NCBI GenBank assembly: GCA_003243975.1
Contig: QHBJ01000018.1
Location: 37,507-101,506, forward strand
Source of the DNA: Vulcanimicrobiota bacterium
Lineage (GTDB): Bacteria > Vulcanimicrobiota > Vulcanimicrobiia > Vulcanimicrobiales > Vulcanimicrobiaceae
Direction: 5' to 3'
Length of the DNA stretch: 64,000 bases
The notes beneath the pieces were generated by a model. It saw only the letters and a program-made list of their open reading frames with translations. It was not told the origin of the DNA and did not search any database. Both the position numbers and the translations under genes were made by a program. Positions 48,242 through 58,040 of this stretch are shown piece by piece. Position 1 is the first letter of the stretch. Every line of letters begins with the position of its first letter.

Positions 48242-50131
48242 GTGGAACGCCACGCCATGCGCTTGCAGTTCGCCGACTACGCCGTGATCGCGCTCTTCTT
48301 CTCGGTGAACATTGCAATCGGAATTTACTACGCGCGCCGCGGCAGCACAAGTTTGGGCGAGTTTTTCTTAAGCGGCCGCAGCGTGCCGTGGTGGCTGGCC
48401 GGTACTTCGATGGTCGCGACGACGTTCGCGGCCGATACGCCGCTGGCGGTTACCGGCTTTGTGGTCAAAAACGGCGTCGCCGGAAATTGGCTCTGGTGGA
48501 ACATGGTGATGAGCGGCATGCTCACCGTGTTCTTCTTCGCGGCGCTCTGGCGGCGTTCGGGCGTGCTGACCGACGTGGAGTTCATCGAGTTGCGCTACTC
48601 GGGAAAGGCGGCGGCCGCGCTACGCGGCGTTCGTGCTATCTATCAGGGCGTTATCATCAACACGATCATCATGGGCTGGGTCAACGTCGCGATGGGCAAG
48701 ATCCTAAGTCTCACGCTGGGAATACCGAAGGCGGAAGGCATCTTGATCTGTTTGGTGCTAACGGCGATTTACGTTGCCATCGGTGGTCTGTGGAGCGTCC
48801 TGGTAACCGATCTGCTACAGTTCGTCGTAAAGATGACGATGGTGGTGGTACTTGCGGTGGCGGCGGTTGCGGCCGTAGGCGGGATCGCCTCGCTCAAGGC
48901 GCATCTCGCGGTCATCGATGCCGGACGCATCGCCTCGGGCGGCGGCTCGATTCTGCAGTTCTTTCCAACCAGCAATTCGGCTTGGATGCCGCTGCTGAGC
49001 TTCGTGGTGTTCATTTCGGTGGCTTGGTGGGCGTCGTCATATCCCGGCGCCGAGCCGGGCGGCGGCGGATACATCGCACAGCGCATCTTTGCTTCCAAAG
49101 ATGAAAAGAACGCCATCTGGGCCACGCTCTTTTTCAATATCGCGCACTACGCGCTGCGACCGTGGCCCTGGATTTTGGTCGCGCTCGCCAGCGTCGTTCT
49201 CTACCCCCACGGCGTGCTGGATCCGACCACGCACCAAGCCGATCCCGAACTGAACTACATACAAACCATGATCGATTACTTGCCGGCTTCGCTGCGCGGC
49301 CTAATGATGGCCGGATTCCTAGCAGCATACATGTCGACGATCGGAACGCAGTTAAACCTGGGCGCTTCCTATCTCACCAACGATCTATACCGGCGCTTCA
49401 TGCGGCCGCGCGCCGGCCAGCCCGAATTAATTTGGGTATCTCGAGCGGCTACGCTGGTTGCAATGGTTCTTGCGGCCGCAGTGACGTTCGTCATGACTTC
49501 TGTGGGCGCGGCGTGGCTTTACGTTCTCACATTCACCGCCGGTGTTGGTTTAGTGATGATTCTGCGCTGGTACTGGTGGCGCGTGAACGCGTGGAGTGAA
49601 ATCTCCGCGCTCATCGCGTCCGGCCTTACGGCCAGCTTTCTACAAATGCCCCAGGTGCACTTGATTGCCGATGGGCCGAACAAGACGGTCGAAGTGTTGC
49701 TTGCAACGGTGGCGGTGACCACCCTCGTCTGGTTGTCCGTAACGTTTTTGACGAAACCGGAGCCGTTCGAAACGCTTGCAAACTTCTACCGTCGCGTGCA
49801 GCCCGCTGCCTTCGGCTGGCAGCCGATTGCAAACGCAACCGGTATCGTAAGTACCGGCGCGAGCTTGGGTCTGGGTTTGCTGGACTGGATTGCCGGCTGC
49901 GGGATGGTGTACTTCACGCTCTTCGGAATCGGCAAGTTGGTGCTGGCGGAGTTTGCTTCGGGCATCGCGCTGATCGCGGCGGCGATCATCTGCTTTGTCT
50001 TCATCATCTGGGACATGAACCGCCGCGACTGGGAAGCGGAGCCACCCGCTCGCATCCCCGGCGCAGTGGTCGCCGCCGCCGGCATCGCGTTGATCTTTTG
50101 TACGGCACATCTTTACGGAGGTTCGCTCTAG
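48242..50131 (+). CDS. sodium:solute symporter family transporter
   Basis: SSF N-terminal motif (GEFFLSGRSVPWWLAGTSMVATTFAADTPLAVTG); 13-14 TM helices. Confidence 0.8.
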   Translation: MERHAMRLQFADYAVIALFFSVNIAIGIYYARRGSTSLGEFFLSGRSVPWWLAGTSMVATTFAADTPLAVTGFVVKNGVAGNWLWWNMVMSGMLTVFFFAALWRRSGVLTDVEFIELRYSGKAAAALRGVRAIYQGVIINTIIMGWVNVAMGKILSLTLGIPKAEGILICLVLTAIYVAIGGLWSVLVTDLLQFVVKMTMVVVLAVAAVAAVGGIASLKAHLAVIDAGRIASGGGSILQFFPTSNSAWMPLLSFVVFISVAWWASSYPGAEPGGGGYIAQRIFASKDEKNAIWATLFFNIAHYALRPWPWILVALASVVLYPHGVLDPTTHQADPELNYIQTMIDYLPASLRGLMMAGFLAAYMSTIGTQLNLGASYLTNDLYRRFMRPRAGQPELIWVSRAATLVAMVLAAAVTFVMTSVGAAWLYVLTFTAGVGLVMILRWYWWRVNAWSEISALIASGLTASFLQMPQVHLIADGPNKTVEVLLATVAVTTLVWLSVTFLTKPEPFETLANFYRRVQPAAFGWQPIANATGIVSTGASLGLGLLDWIAGCGMVYFTLFGIGKLVLAEFASGIALIAAAIICFVFIIWDMNRRDWEAEPPARIPGAVVAAAGIALIFCTAHLYGGSL

Positions 50132-50134
50132 GTC

Positions 50135-50932
50135 GTGAAAATAGCACTCTTCTTTCTGAGCATCGCCACGCTGTTGCCCATCTTCGCGTTTGCCGACGTT
50201 GCCAACAAATCGTTGCAGAATGCCAAAGGTCAGGTCGCCTACCAGCATGGAAGCGGCGGCCAGCGGGCAGTCGCCCTCAACTCCACCGTCGTGCTGGCCG
50301 ATCGGGATTACGCGATTACGGGCGCGCAGTCACGCGGCATGGTAAGTCTTCCCGATTCCTCGGTCGTGACCGTGGGCAGCGACACAAAAGTGCAGATGCT
50401 TTTCTTCAACCGCACCGACATCGCTCACGCCAAGTTCGTTCTGTACAACGGTATCACGCGCTTCGAAGTCCGCCACCCGCAGGGTGCCAAGGCAAACTAC
50501 ACCTTCGTAACGCCCACCGCGAGTATTGCAGTCCGCGGAACGCAAGGCGACATTGGAGTAACGGCCGATAGTCTGCAAGTCAACGTGTACGAACTCTGCG
50601 ATGCAAGTTCGCCGGTGGAAGTCCTTACCAAGAGCGGCCAGCAGTACACGCTCAAAGTTGGACAATCGTTCGTCGGCCAGATTGTAGGCGGTGTCTTACA
50701 AGGACAAGTTCAATCGCTCACCGACCAGTTGATCGCTCCGTTCGAGGACATGGGAATCCCCACCAGCGCGCAGCAAGCCAAAGCCGTTGCGGAAAGTTAC
50801 GCCGCGGGCGCGGTCAATAGCGTCACCGGCGGTTACGGCTCCGAGGTGGTGGGAGCGGTTGGCGGTCTCTTTGGAAAGAAGAAAGCGCAGCCGTCGCCCG
50901 CGCCCAGCCCGGCGACTACGACGTGCTCGTAA
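50135..50932 (+). CDS. FecR domain protein, secreted
   Basis: Signal peptide plus FecR-fold motif (TFVTPTASIAVRGTQ). Gly/Ala-rich C-terminus. Confidence 0.6.
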   Translation: MKIALFFLSIATLLPIFAFADVANKSLQNAKGQVAYQHGSGGQRAVALNSTVVLADRDYAITGAQSRGMVSLPDSSVVTVGSDTKVQMLFFNRTDIAHAKFVLYNGITRFEVRHPQGAKANYTFVTPTASIAVRGTQGDIGVTADSLQVNVYELCDASSPVEVLTKSGQQYTLKVGQSFVGQIVGGVLQGQVQSLTDQLIAPFEDMGIPTSAQQAKAVAESYAAGAVNSVTGGYGSEVVGAVGGLFGKKKAQPSPAPSPATTTCS

Positions 50933-51316
50933 GCACGCTGTCGCGTTGCTCGAACGCCGTTTTGAGTTCCTTCAGATAACCGGCCAGGGAGTCGGCGCCA
51001 ACCGAACCGGCGCGCCCCGCCAAGTCGACGAGGTTCCGGTCGCATTGCGCGACCTCGGCCTTGCGCGCGTCGTCCAGGGCGGCATATTCGAAGTCTTTGA
51101 ACACCTGCTGATTCATAAAGGCGCACTGCAGAATCAAATCGTCGTACAAGGCGCTGTCTTCGGCCGTGAAGTATTCGCCGTGACGGGCGCGCAGCAGCGC
51201 CAGCGCCTCGCCCAAGACGGCGCGAACTTGTTCGTCCGACGCGCGCCGGCTCGGCGCGTCCCCGTATCCGGCGAAATCTGCGATGCGTCCCTTGATAGCC
51301 CCAAACGCGTCATCCA
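50916..51316 (-). CDS. hypothetical protein
   Basis: Start chosen at MDDAFGAIKG (the ORF extends to 51497). No motif; acidic helical protein. Confidence 0.3.
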
Positions 51317-51347
51317 TGGCGGCGCCCTTACGACGGACGCCTAGCCG

Positions 51348-53390
51348 ATGCCTCGCGATTTGCCGCTTGGCAACGGTGCCATGTTGGTCAACTTCGACTC
51401 CACCTACACGATCCGAGATATCTTCTTTCCGCACGTCGGCACCGAGAACCACGTCCTGGGCCATAAGTGCCGGCTCGGCTTTTGGGCCGACGGGCAATTC
51501 GCTTGGAGTTACGACGACCAGTGGACGCGCGAACTCAAGTACCGTTCTGAGACGCTCGTCACCGACGTTTCCCTAAGCTCCGAGAAACTGGGGATCTCGC
51601 TGCGCGTCGCCGATTGCGTCGATTTCGCGTTGCCGGTCTTGGTTCGCCGCTTCACGGTGCACCGTGGTACCAAACGTGACGTCCGCGTCTTTATGGCGCT
51701 CGACCTTCACATTCGCGGCAATGCGATCGGTGACACGGCGTTCTACAAACCCGACTTGGGTGCGCTCGTTCACTACAAAGACGACCGGTACTTCCTGTAC
51801 GGCGGCATCGGAGCGTGCGGTGCCGTGGACGCCTTCGCAACCGGCCAAAAGGGGATCAACAATCAGGAAGGCACGTGGCGCGACGCGGAGGACGGCGAAC
51901 TCTCCGGCAACAGCATCGCTCAGGGTTCCGTAGATTCGTGCATGGCATTGCACGCGCCGGTTTCGGATTCGGAGGAGATCGTGCTGTACGCATGGTTGTG
52001 CGCCGGTACCGATATGGACGCGGTCACGCGGCTGCACGAGCGGGTGCGCGCCGACCCCGACCTCTTTTTAGAGCGCACTCGCCACTACTGGCACCTCTGG
52101 GTTAATAAGGAAGAGACGGACTTCGGGCCCATGGATGCGGCGCTGATCGCCCAGTACAAGCGCAGTCTGCTGACCATTCGCACCCAAATTGACGATGGCG
52201 GCGGTATCTTGGCTGCGAACGACTCCGATATTCAGGCCTTTGCGAGTGACACGTACTCTTACGTCTGGCCGCGCGACGGGTCGCTGGTGGCCTATGCTCT
52301 CGATGAAGCCGGCCGTCACGAACTCGCGAACCGCTTCTTCGAATTCTGTGGGCAGGTAATTCATCCCGACGGGTACTTCTATCACAAGTACAATCCTGAC
52401 GGGACCCTCGCATCTTCGTGGCACCCGTATTTCTTTGAGGGACGTCCCCGCCTCCCGATCCAGGAAGACGAAACCGCGCTCGTGATTTGGAGCTTGTGGC
52501 ACCACTTTGACCGCGCGCGCGAGATCGAAACGATTCGCGATCTGTACGCGAAGGTGATCATTCCCGGAGGAAACTTCCTATCCGGGTACACCGACGCGAG
52601 CGGCCTAAGCAAAGCTTCGTTCGATCTGTGGGAGGAGCGGTGGGGCATCCACGCCTTCACGGTCGGCGCAGTGTATGGCGGATTGCGCGCGGCGGCGAAC
52701 TTCGCAAATGCTTTCGGCGAGCGTACAGACGGAGCGCGGTTCGATGCAGCCGCCGTACGACTGCAAGAAACGGTTATAGAAAGGTTTTTCGACGAATCGA
52801 ACAACCGCTTTGCGCGTACGTTCGACTGCGACCGCAACGCAAACCTCACACCGGACTGGACCCCGGATTCCGCGATCGCGGGACTGCTCTTCTTCGGGTT
52901 GATCGATCCGAACGACGAACGTTTTGCAACCGCCTTCGACGGCCTCTTCGAACGGTTATGGGTAAAGACCGACGTCGGCGGCTCTGCACGATATGTGAAC
53001 GACTACTACTTTCAGCAATCGTCCGACATCGCCAATGTCCCGGGCAATCCCTGGTTCATCTGCACGCTCTGGCGCGCACGCTACGCGATCGCGCGCGCCA
53101 AGACCATTGCAGAATTGGAAGCCGCGATGCCGCTCTTACACTGGGTTGCGCAGCACGCCTTGCCGAGCGGAATCCTGGCCGAACAGGTCAATCCCTTTAA
53201 TGACGCGCCGCTTTCGGTTTCGCCGCTAACGTGGAGTCACGCGGAGTACATCACGACCTTCCTCGCGTACCTGGACAAGCTCTCCACTCTCAGCGTCTGC
53301 CCGGCATGCCACCGGCCCACCTATATGCGCGAGCACCGGCGCCTGTTCGAAGAACACCGCGATGCCGCCCACTTCATAGCCGACTCATAG
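51348..53390 (+). CDS. GH15 family protein (glucoamylase/glucodextranase/trehalase-like)
   Basis: (alpha/alpha)6-barrel conserved blocks DTYSYVWPRDGS and LWEERWG, plus an N-terminal beta-sandwich; 680 aa. Confidence 0.75.
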   Translation: MPRDLPLGNGAMLVNFDSTYTIRDIFFPHVGTENHVLGHKCRLGFWADGQFAWSYDDQWTRELKYRSETLVTDVSLSSEKLGISLRVADCVDFALPVLVRRFTVHRGTKRDVRVFMALDLHIRGNAIGDTAFYKPDLGALVHYKDDRYFLYGGIGACGAVDAFATGQKGINNQEGTWRDAEDGELSGNSIAQGSVDSCMALHAPVSDSEEIVLYAWLCAGTDMDAVTRLHERVRADPDLFLERTRHYWHLWVNKEETDFGPMDAALIAQYKRSLLTIRTQIDDGGGILAANDSDIQAFASDTYSYVWPRDGSLVAYALDEAGRHELANRFFEFCGQVIHPDGYFYHKYNPDGTLASSWHPYFFEGRPRLPIQEDETALVIWSLWHHFDRAREIETIRDLYAKVIIPGGNFLSGYTDASGLSKASFDLWEERWGIHAFTVGAVYGGLRAAANFANAFGERTDGARFDAAAVRLQETVIERFFDESNNRFARTFDCDRNANLTPDWTPDSAIAGLLFFGLIDPNDERFATAFDGLFERLWVKTDVGGSARYVNDYYFQQSSDIANVPGNPWFICTLWRARYAIARAKTIAELEAAMPLLHWVAQHALPSGILAEQVNPFNDAPLSVSPLTWSHAEYITTFLAYLDKLSTLSVCPACHRPTYMREHRRLFEEHRDAAHFIADS

Positions 53391-53471
53391 AACTCGCCGA
53401 AGCATCCGGCAGCCCGCGCGGCCCGTTACCTTCATCGAGGTCACAAGAACGATGCGACGAACCCCGACAGC

Positions 53472-54005
53472 GTGGAGGATGCCAGCCGGCTTATGGAACG
53501 CGTCCGCGAACGCGACGCGGCCGCATTTGAAGGGCTGTACGACGCCTACCACCGCTTGGTATACGGTATCGCACTGCGCGTTCTGGCCGACACCGCGGCG
53601 GCGGAAGACGTGACACAAGCGGTTTTTCTCAAGCTTTGGAGTTCTCCGCAATCCTATGTGCGCGGCAATTTCGGCGGGTGGATATCGCGCGTGACCCGCA
53701 ATCGGGCCCTGGATGTGTTACGCGGTCGCACCGCGCATTCGGGAGCCGAACTGCCGGAAGCGGTTGCGGTGGACGGCGCGATGGAGGAAGCGGTCCTTGC
53801 GAATCTCGACGCCGTCGAGGTTCGAGCCGCGCTGCGGCGTTTGCCCGAAGATCAGCGCGAGCCGATCGAGTTGGGATTCTTCAGCGGCATCACGCACCAA
53901 GAGATTGCAGCTCGCACGGGCACGCCGTTAGGCACGATCAAGACTCGCATCCGCAGCGGCCTGCGTAAGCTCCGTGCCGACTTGCGAGGAACGGTGGCCC
54001 TGTGA
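53472..54005 (+). CDS. ECF-family RNA polymerase sigma factor
   Basis: Sigma-70 region 2 (YRLVYGIALRVLAD...AEDVTQAVFLKLW) and region 4 (ITHQEIAARTGTPLGTIKTRIRSG). Confidence 0.85.
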   Translation: MEDASRLMERVRERDAAAFEGLYDAYHRLVYGIALRVLADTAAAEDVTQAVFLKLWSSPQSYVRGNFGGWISRVTRNRALDVLRGRTAHSGAELPEAVAVDGAMEEAVLANLDAVEVRAALRRLPEDQREPIELGFFSGITHQEIAARTGTPLGTIKTRIRSGLRKLRADLRGTVAL

Positions 54006-54772
54006 ACGCGCACGACGAGTTGCTCGATCTCGTTGCTGTCTACGCGCTCGGAGCGCTTCCGGCACAGGATGCCGCGCACGTGCGCGAACACATGGCAATC
54101 TGTCCCGAGTGCTCCCGCGAGTACGCTCGGCTGCAACCTGCCGTGGACGCGGTCGCGCGGTCGGCCGAGGCGTGTACGGATCCGCGTAACGGTGCCGTGC
54201 CGAGCGAGCTTTTGAAGGCGCGCATCATGAAGACCGTGCGCGCCGAAGCTGCCCCGCGCCCTGCGAGTGCGAAAAGCCGTACTCTATGGCCCGCGTACGC
54301 GGTGGCAGCCGCAGCGATGCTCATTGCGATGTTCGCAACGGTCTTGAGCATGATGATGCAATCGGATTTGAGGCAGAGCCGTGAAGAGGTTTCATCGCTA
54401 ACGCATCAGTTAGCGGGCGAGAAAAAATACGAAGCCGCCCAAAGAATCATGATTGCCGACTTGATGAGTACCGACGCCAAGCGCTATCCGGTAAGCGATG
54501 GCGAAGTCGTGCGCAAAGGCGAACGGCTCTACATCGCGATGCACACCATGCCAATGCCACCCAAAGGCCGGGTTTACCAAAGCTGGACACTGGCGGCCGG
54601 CGCGAAAGCGATGACGCCGGGACCGACCTTCATGCCGGACAAAGCGGGCATCGCCATCGTGCACGTTCCGCAGAGCGCGGCGACCCTGGCCGCAGTCGCG
54701 GTGAGCGTGGAGCCCGAGGGCGGGAGCAAGAGCCCGACAAGCAAGCCGGAGTTCGTCGTCAAGCTCATTTGA
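54002..54772 (+). CDS. zinc-dependent anti-sigma factor
   Basis: N-terminal HxxxCxxC motif (HVREHMAICPECSREY), one TM helix and a periplasmic domain. Start overlaps the sigma factor stop. Confidence 0.75.
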   Translation: MNAHDELLDLVAVYALGALPAQDAAHVREHMAICPECSREYARLQPAVDAVARSAEACTDPRNGAVPSELLKARIMKTVRAEAAPRPASAKSRTLWPAYAVAAAAMLIAMFATVLSMMMQSDLRQSREEVSSLTHQLAGEKKYEAAQRIMIADLMSTDAKRYPVSDGEVVRKGERLYIAMHTMPMPPKGRVYQSWTLAAGAKAMTPGPTFMPDKAGIAIVHVPQSAATLAAVAVSVEPEGGSKSPTSKPEFVVKLI

Positions 54773-55602
54773 TGACCGCAGTGGCCACGCCGCTCCAGGG
54801 GGGCGACGAGCTCGAAGTGCGCGCGTTTTTGGCGCCGCGGCCCTACGACAATGTGTTCTTGGATTGGCTGCTGGCAACGGATTCCATCCCCGCCGCGCGC
54901 GAGCACTTCTCGTTGTGCCGTGGCGCCGACAACCGCGTGTGCGGCGTTGCGTACTTTGGCCGCCAGCAAGTTTTGAGTGCGCAGGACGAAGAATCGGCGC
55001 TCGCACTGGCAGAAACGAGCCAAGCGCGATGTCGCAGCCATGCCATCGTCGGCCCGCGCGATGTCGTCCAAGTCTTTTGGAACGCCACAAGGCAATGGCG
55101 CACGGCGCCGCGCTTAGTTCGCGAATCTCAGCCGGTTTTCGCGCTCACGCAGGACGCCCGGCAACCCGCCGAACAGCGCGGGCTGCAGATCCGTCGCGCG
55201 AATGCCGGCGATGTGGACGCGGTGTGGCGCAACTCTGCGGAAATGATCGAACGCGAGCTGGGGTACGATCCGCGCCGTCGCTCGCACGAATTCCGCGCAA
55301 ATGTGTCTGCGATGATCGACCGCGGATTCTGGTGGCTCGGCACGCTGCACAGCGAGGCGGTGTTCTTCTGCCACGTCGGACCGCGCAACGAACAAACGGC
55401 ACAACTTCAGGGCGTTTGGACGGTGCCGCACGCGCGCCGGCGCGGCCTCGGCCGTGCGGCGCTTTCGCAGATTTGCCACGCGCTGCTGGAAGAGTTCCCG
55501 AGTTTGTGCCTCTACGTGAACGACTTCAATAAGGCGGCCATCCGCCTGTACGAACGCGTTGGCTTTATTCGAGCGGGCGAGTTTAGTTCGTACCTTTTCT
55601 AA
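54769..55602 (+). CDS. GNAT family N-acetyltransferase
   Basis: C-terminal acetyl-CoA binding motif (VPHARRRGLGRAALSQI...LYERVGF). Coupled by 4 nt to the anti-sigma factor gene. Confidence 0.65.
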   Translation: MMTAVATPLQGGDELEVRAFLAPRPYDNVFLDWLLATDSIPAAREHFSLCRGADNRVCGVAYFGRQQVLSAQDEESALALAETSQARCRSHAIVGPRDVVQVFWNATRQWRTAPRLVRESQPVFALTQDARQPAEQRGLQIRRANAGDVDAVWRNSAEMIERELGYDPRRRSHEFRANVSAMIDRGFWWLGTLHSEAVFFCHVGPRNEQTAQLQGVWTVPHARRRGLGRAALSQICHALLEEFPSLCLYVNDFNKAAIRLYERVGFIRAGEFSSYLF

Positions 55603-55604
55603 TC

Positions 55605-55838
55605 TTACTCGTTGCGGTGAAACCGGCTTTCGACATTGCCGACGCCAGCCGTAACGGCACGTTCCGTGCCGCTCACCAGCCCGACGATCCAACGGATGAC
55701 CGCAATCACGCCGATGACCGCAAAGAGAAAAATAAAGAAAAAGAGCCATGCCGCGGCGTGCAACAGTGATACGACCAAATGTTCCATGAATATCTCCTCG
55801 AATATCTCCTCAAGCCGGCGTCGCATCCGTTTTGGCAT
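55605..55838 (-). CDS. small membrane protein, hypothetical
   Basis: One or two predicted TM helices (LVVSLLHAAAWLFFFIFLFAVIGVIAVIRWIVGLV). Confidence 0.3.
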   Translation of the reverse strand: MPKRMRRRLEEIFEEIFMEHLVVSLLHAAAWLFFFIFLFAVIGVIAVIRWIVGLVSGTERAVTAGVGNVESRFHRNE

Positions 55839-55863
55839 GCCGGCTGCCAGCTACCTGCGAATA

Positions 55864-56478
55864 CTACCTTATGCCCTCGTAATTGATCAACAGGGCATGG
55901 CGCGGATGTGGCGAGTTGTTCTCGGACCCGCCATGGTAAATGTGACCGCTAAAGAGCAACGCATCGCCCGCGGTCAGCGCGGGAATTATCTCGCCCGGCA
56001 TGCGGTCGCGCAGGCTCTTGGGCAGCATGCGCGGCACGTCACGATGCGAGCCCCGCACCAGTCGCGTTCCGCCGTTCCGCCCGCTGATGTCGACCAAAGC
56101 CAGGAGCACCGTGCAGACGACATGCTTTTCATACACGGGCCCGATCCAATCCACGTGCAAGGTTTGCGCACCATGGCCAGGCATCGGCGCCCGATACGTT
56201 ATTCCGCGATGCGACGCGTCGCCTAAATGTTGGCGAACGAGTCGCGCGATGGGCTCCTCCCGCAGCGCGTGGGCAATCCACGGAAGCTCCGGGTCTAGAT
56301 CCTTCAAATGCGCGGTGCCTTTGGAGCCGTGCAGATACTCGGCCGTGCTAAGGCTGGCGTCAAGCAACTGCTCGATGCGCTGCGTTGTTCGGGCTATCGT
56401 GTCAGGCGATAGTATGCTTGGCAGAATCACGTAGCCGCACTCGTCCAACTGCTCGGCGTAGCTCAAGGTGCGCACCAT
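55864..56478 (-). CDS. phytanoyl-CoA dioxygenase (PhyH) family Fe(II)/2OG oxygenase
   Basis: HVDW...GGTRLVRGSH facial-triad pattern in a roughly 200-aa double-stranded beta-helix protein. Confidence 0.65.
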   Translation of the reverse strand: MVRTLSYAEQLDECGYVILPSILSPDTIARTTQRIEQLLDASLSTAEYLHGSKGTAHLKDLDPELPWIAHALREEPIARLVRQHLGDASHRGITYRAPMPGHGAQTLHVDWIGPVYEKHVVCTVLLALVDISGRNGGTRLVRGSHRDVPRMLPKSLRDRMPGEIIPALTAGDALLFSGHIYHGGSENNSPHPRHALLINYEGIR

Positions 56479-56546
56479 AATGCTCTCCTTTTTGCTACGT
56501 CAAGGCGCTTTTTCATGCCGCAACGCTAACATGATATTATGGGGCC

Positions 56547-57471
56547 ATGTCAGTAGCGCCGTGGGCGGCCGAAGAAGAGATAAGCACGCAGCGCGCGAGA
56601 GATCTCATCGCAGCACAGTTTCCGAAGCTCGCGGCCGAGCCGATTGAGATTCTTGGAGAGGGCTGGGACAACGCGGCTTTTTTGGTTGCGAAACGGTACG
56701 TATTCCGCTTTCCCCGCCGCGCGATTGCCGCGCCGCTCATCGAAACCGAGGCACGCATTCTTCCGCGCATCGCACCGGCGCTACCCGCAGCCATTCCGCT
56801 GCCAATCTTTTTTGGGCGGCCCCAAACCGGCTATGCATGGCGCTTTTCAGGTTACGAAATGTTGCCGGGCCGGACCGCCTGCAGCGCCCGTCTTGCTACG
56901 GATGATCGCACGCGTCTTGCAACCTCGATCGGCACGTTCTTGCGCGCTACATAGCATTGACGTGCGCGTCGCTGCCGAGGCGGCGGCGCCGCCCGATCTG
57001 ATTGGCCGGCTGGACCGCGCATCACGGATTCCAAAATCGATCAAGCGCTTCGAAGCACTGCAGCACGACGGGGTCATTGGGGACATTAGCCCGCTTCTGG
57101 ATTTTCTAACGGACAGTGCGCCTGAGGATTCGGGAGAGACGGTGATCGTCCATGGCGACCTGTATGCGCGGCATCTCTTGCTCGACGATGACCAGAATCT
57201 CACCGGGGTGATCGACTGGGGCGACGTGCATGTGGGCCATCCGGCCAGCGATTTGATGGTCGCGCACATCATGTTACCCGTTGGACTGCACTCGACGTTT
57301 CGCGAAAGCTATGGGCCCATCACGCAAGCCGCTTGGCACCTGGCACGGATGCGCACGATCTATCACACGGCCATGGTGCTGTCCTACGCGCACGCGATTG
57401 GAGATACGCACCTTTTGGACGCGGGACTTACCTCACTTGGGTTTCTTCTCGAAGGCGTCGCCACGCTCTAA
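56547..57471 (+). pseudogene. aminoglycoside/choline-kinase-type phosphotransferase (APH family), frameshifted
   Basis: N-terminal half in one frame (ILGEGWDNAAFLV...). The Brenner/DxD motifs of the C-terminal half (IVHGDLYARHLLLD...GVIDWGDVHVGHPASDL) are in the +1 frame, with the junction near 56935-56950 (…GTFLRA|LHSIDV…). Confidence 0.55.
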
Positions 57472-58040
57472 GCGCGCATCGGCTTGAGCGCCACCGCCCA
57501 CTTGTGCAACTCATCGAACATTTCGGCGGCGGAGCGTTCGTGGTACTCCTCGGGCATAAAGCCATTCTGTTCGTCCAGGTGTTTCTTCACGCTCGCAATC
57601 GCAACGCCGTCGGGAATAGCCATCATGCTCAATGCGCTGACGAGATTCTTCGACATCTGCACCGACCGCATACCGCCCGAGACGCCACCGTAGCTCACGA
57701 ATGCGGCGGGCTTATAGTTCCACTCCTTGTACAAATAGTCGAGTGCGTTGATGAGCGGCGCCGGTGAACTGTAGTTGTATTCGGGAGTGACCATAACGAC
57801 GGCGTCCAGCGCGTCGACCGTGGCGCTCCACGCTTTCGTGTGCTCCTTTGTGTACTGCTGCAGCGTGGGATGTGCCGGCTCGTCCAAAAAAGGTAGGTTG
57901 ATCTCCAATAAGTCCAGCAATTTTGTATCGAACTTTCCATGCCGCGCTGCGGCGTCCAGGACCCACTTCGCGATGTAAATCCCAACGCGCCCCGGCCTCG
58001 TGCTGGCGACAATGATCCCTAACGTTAATTTTTCCATCAA
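57468..58040 (-). CDS. NADPH-dependent FMN reductase (flavodoxin-like, ChrR/YieF/SsuE family)
   Basis: LGIIVASTRPGRVG phosphate-binding loop and PEYNYSSPAPLINALD. Confidence 0.75.
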   Translation of the reverse strand: MMEKLTLGIIVASTRPGRVGIYIAKWVLDAAARHGKFDTKLLDLLEINLPFLDEPAHPTLQQYTKEHTKAWSATVDALDAVVMVTPEYNYSSPAPLINALDYLYKEWNYKPAAFVSYGGVSGGMRSVQMSKNLVSALSMMAIPDGVAIASVKKHLDEQNGFMPEEYHERSAAEMFDELHKWAVALKPMRA

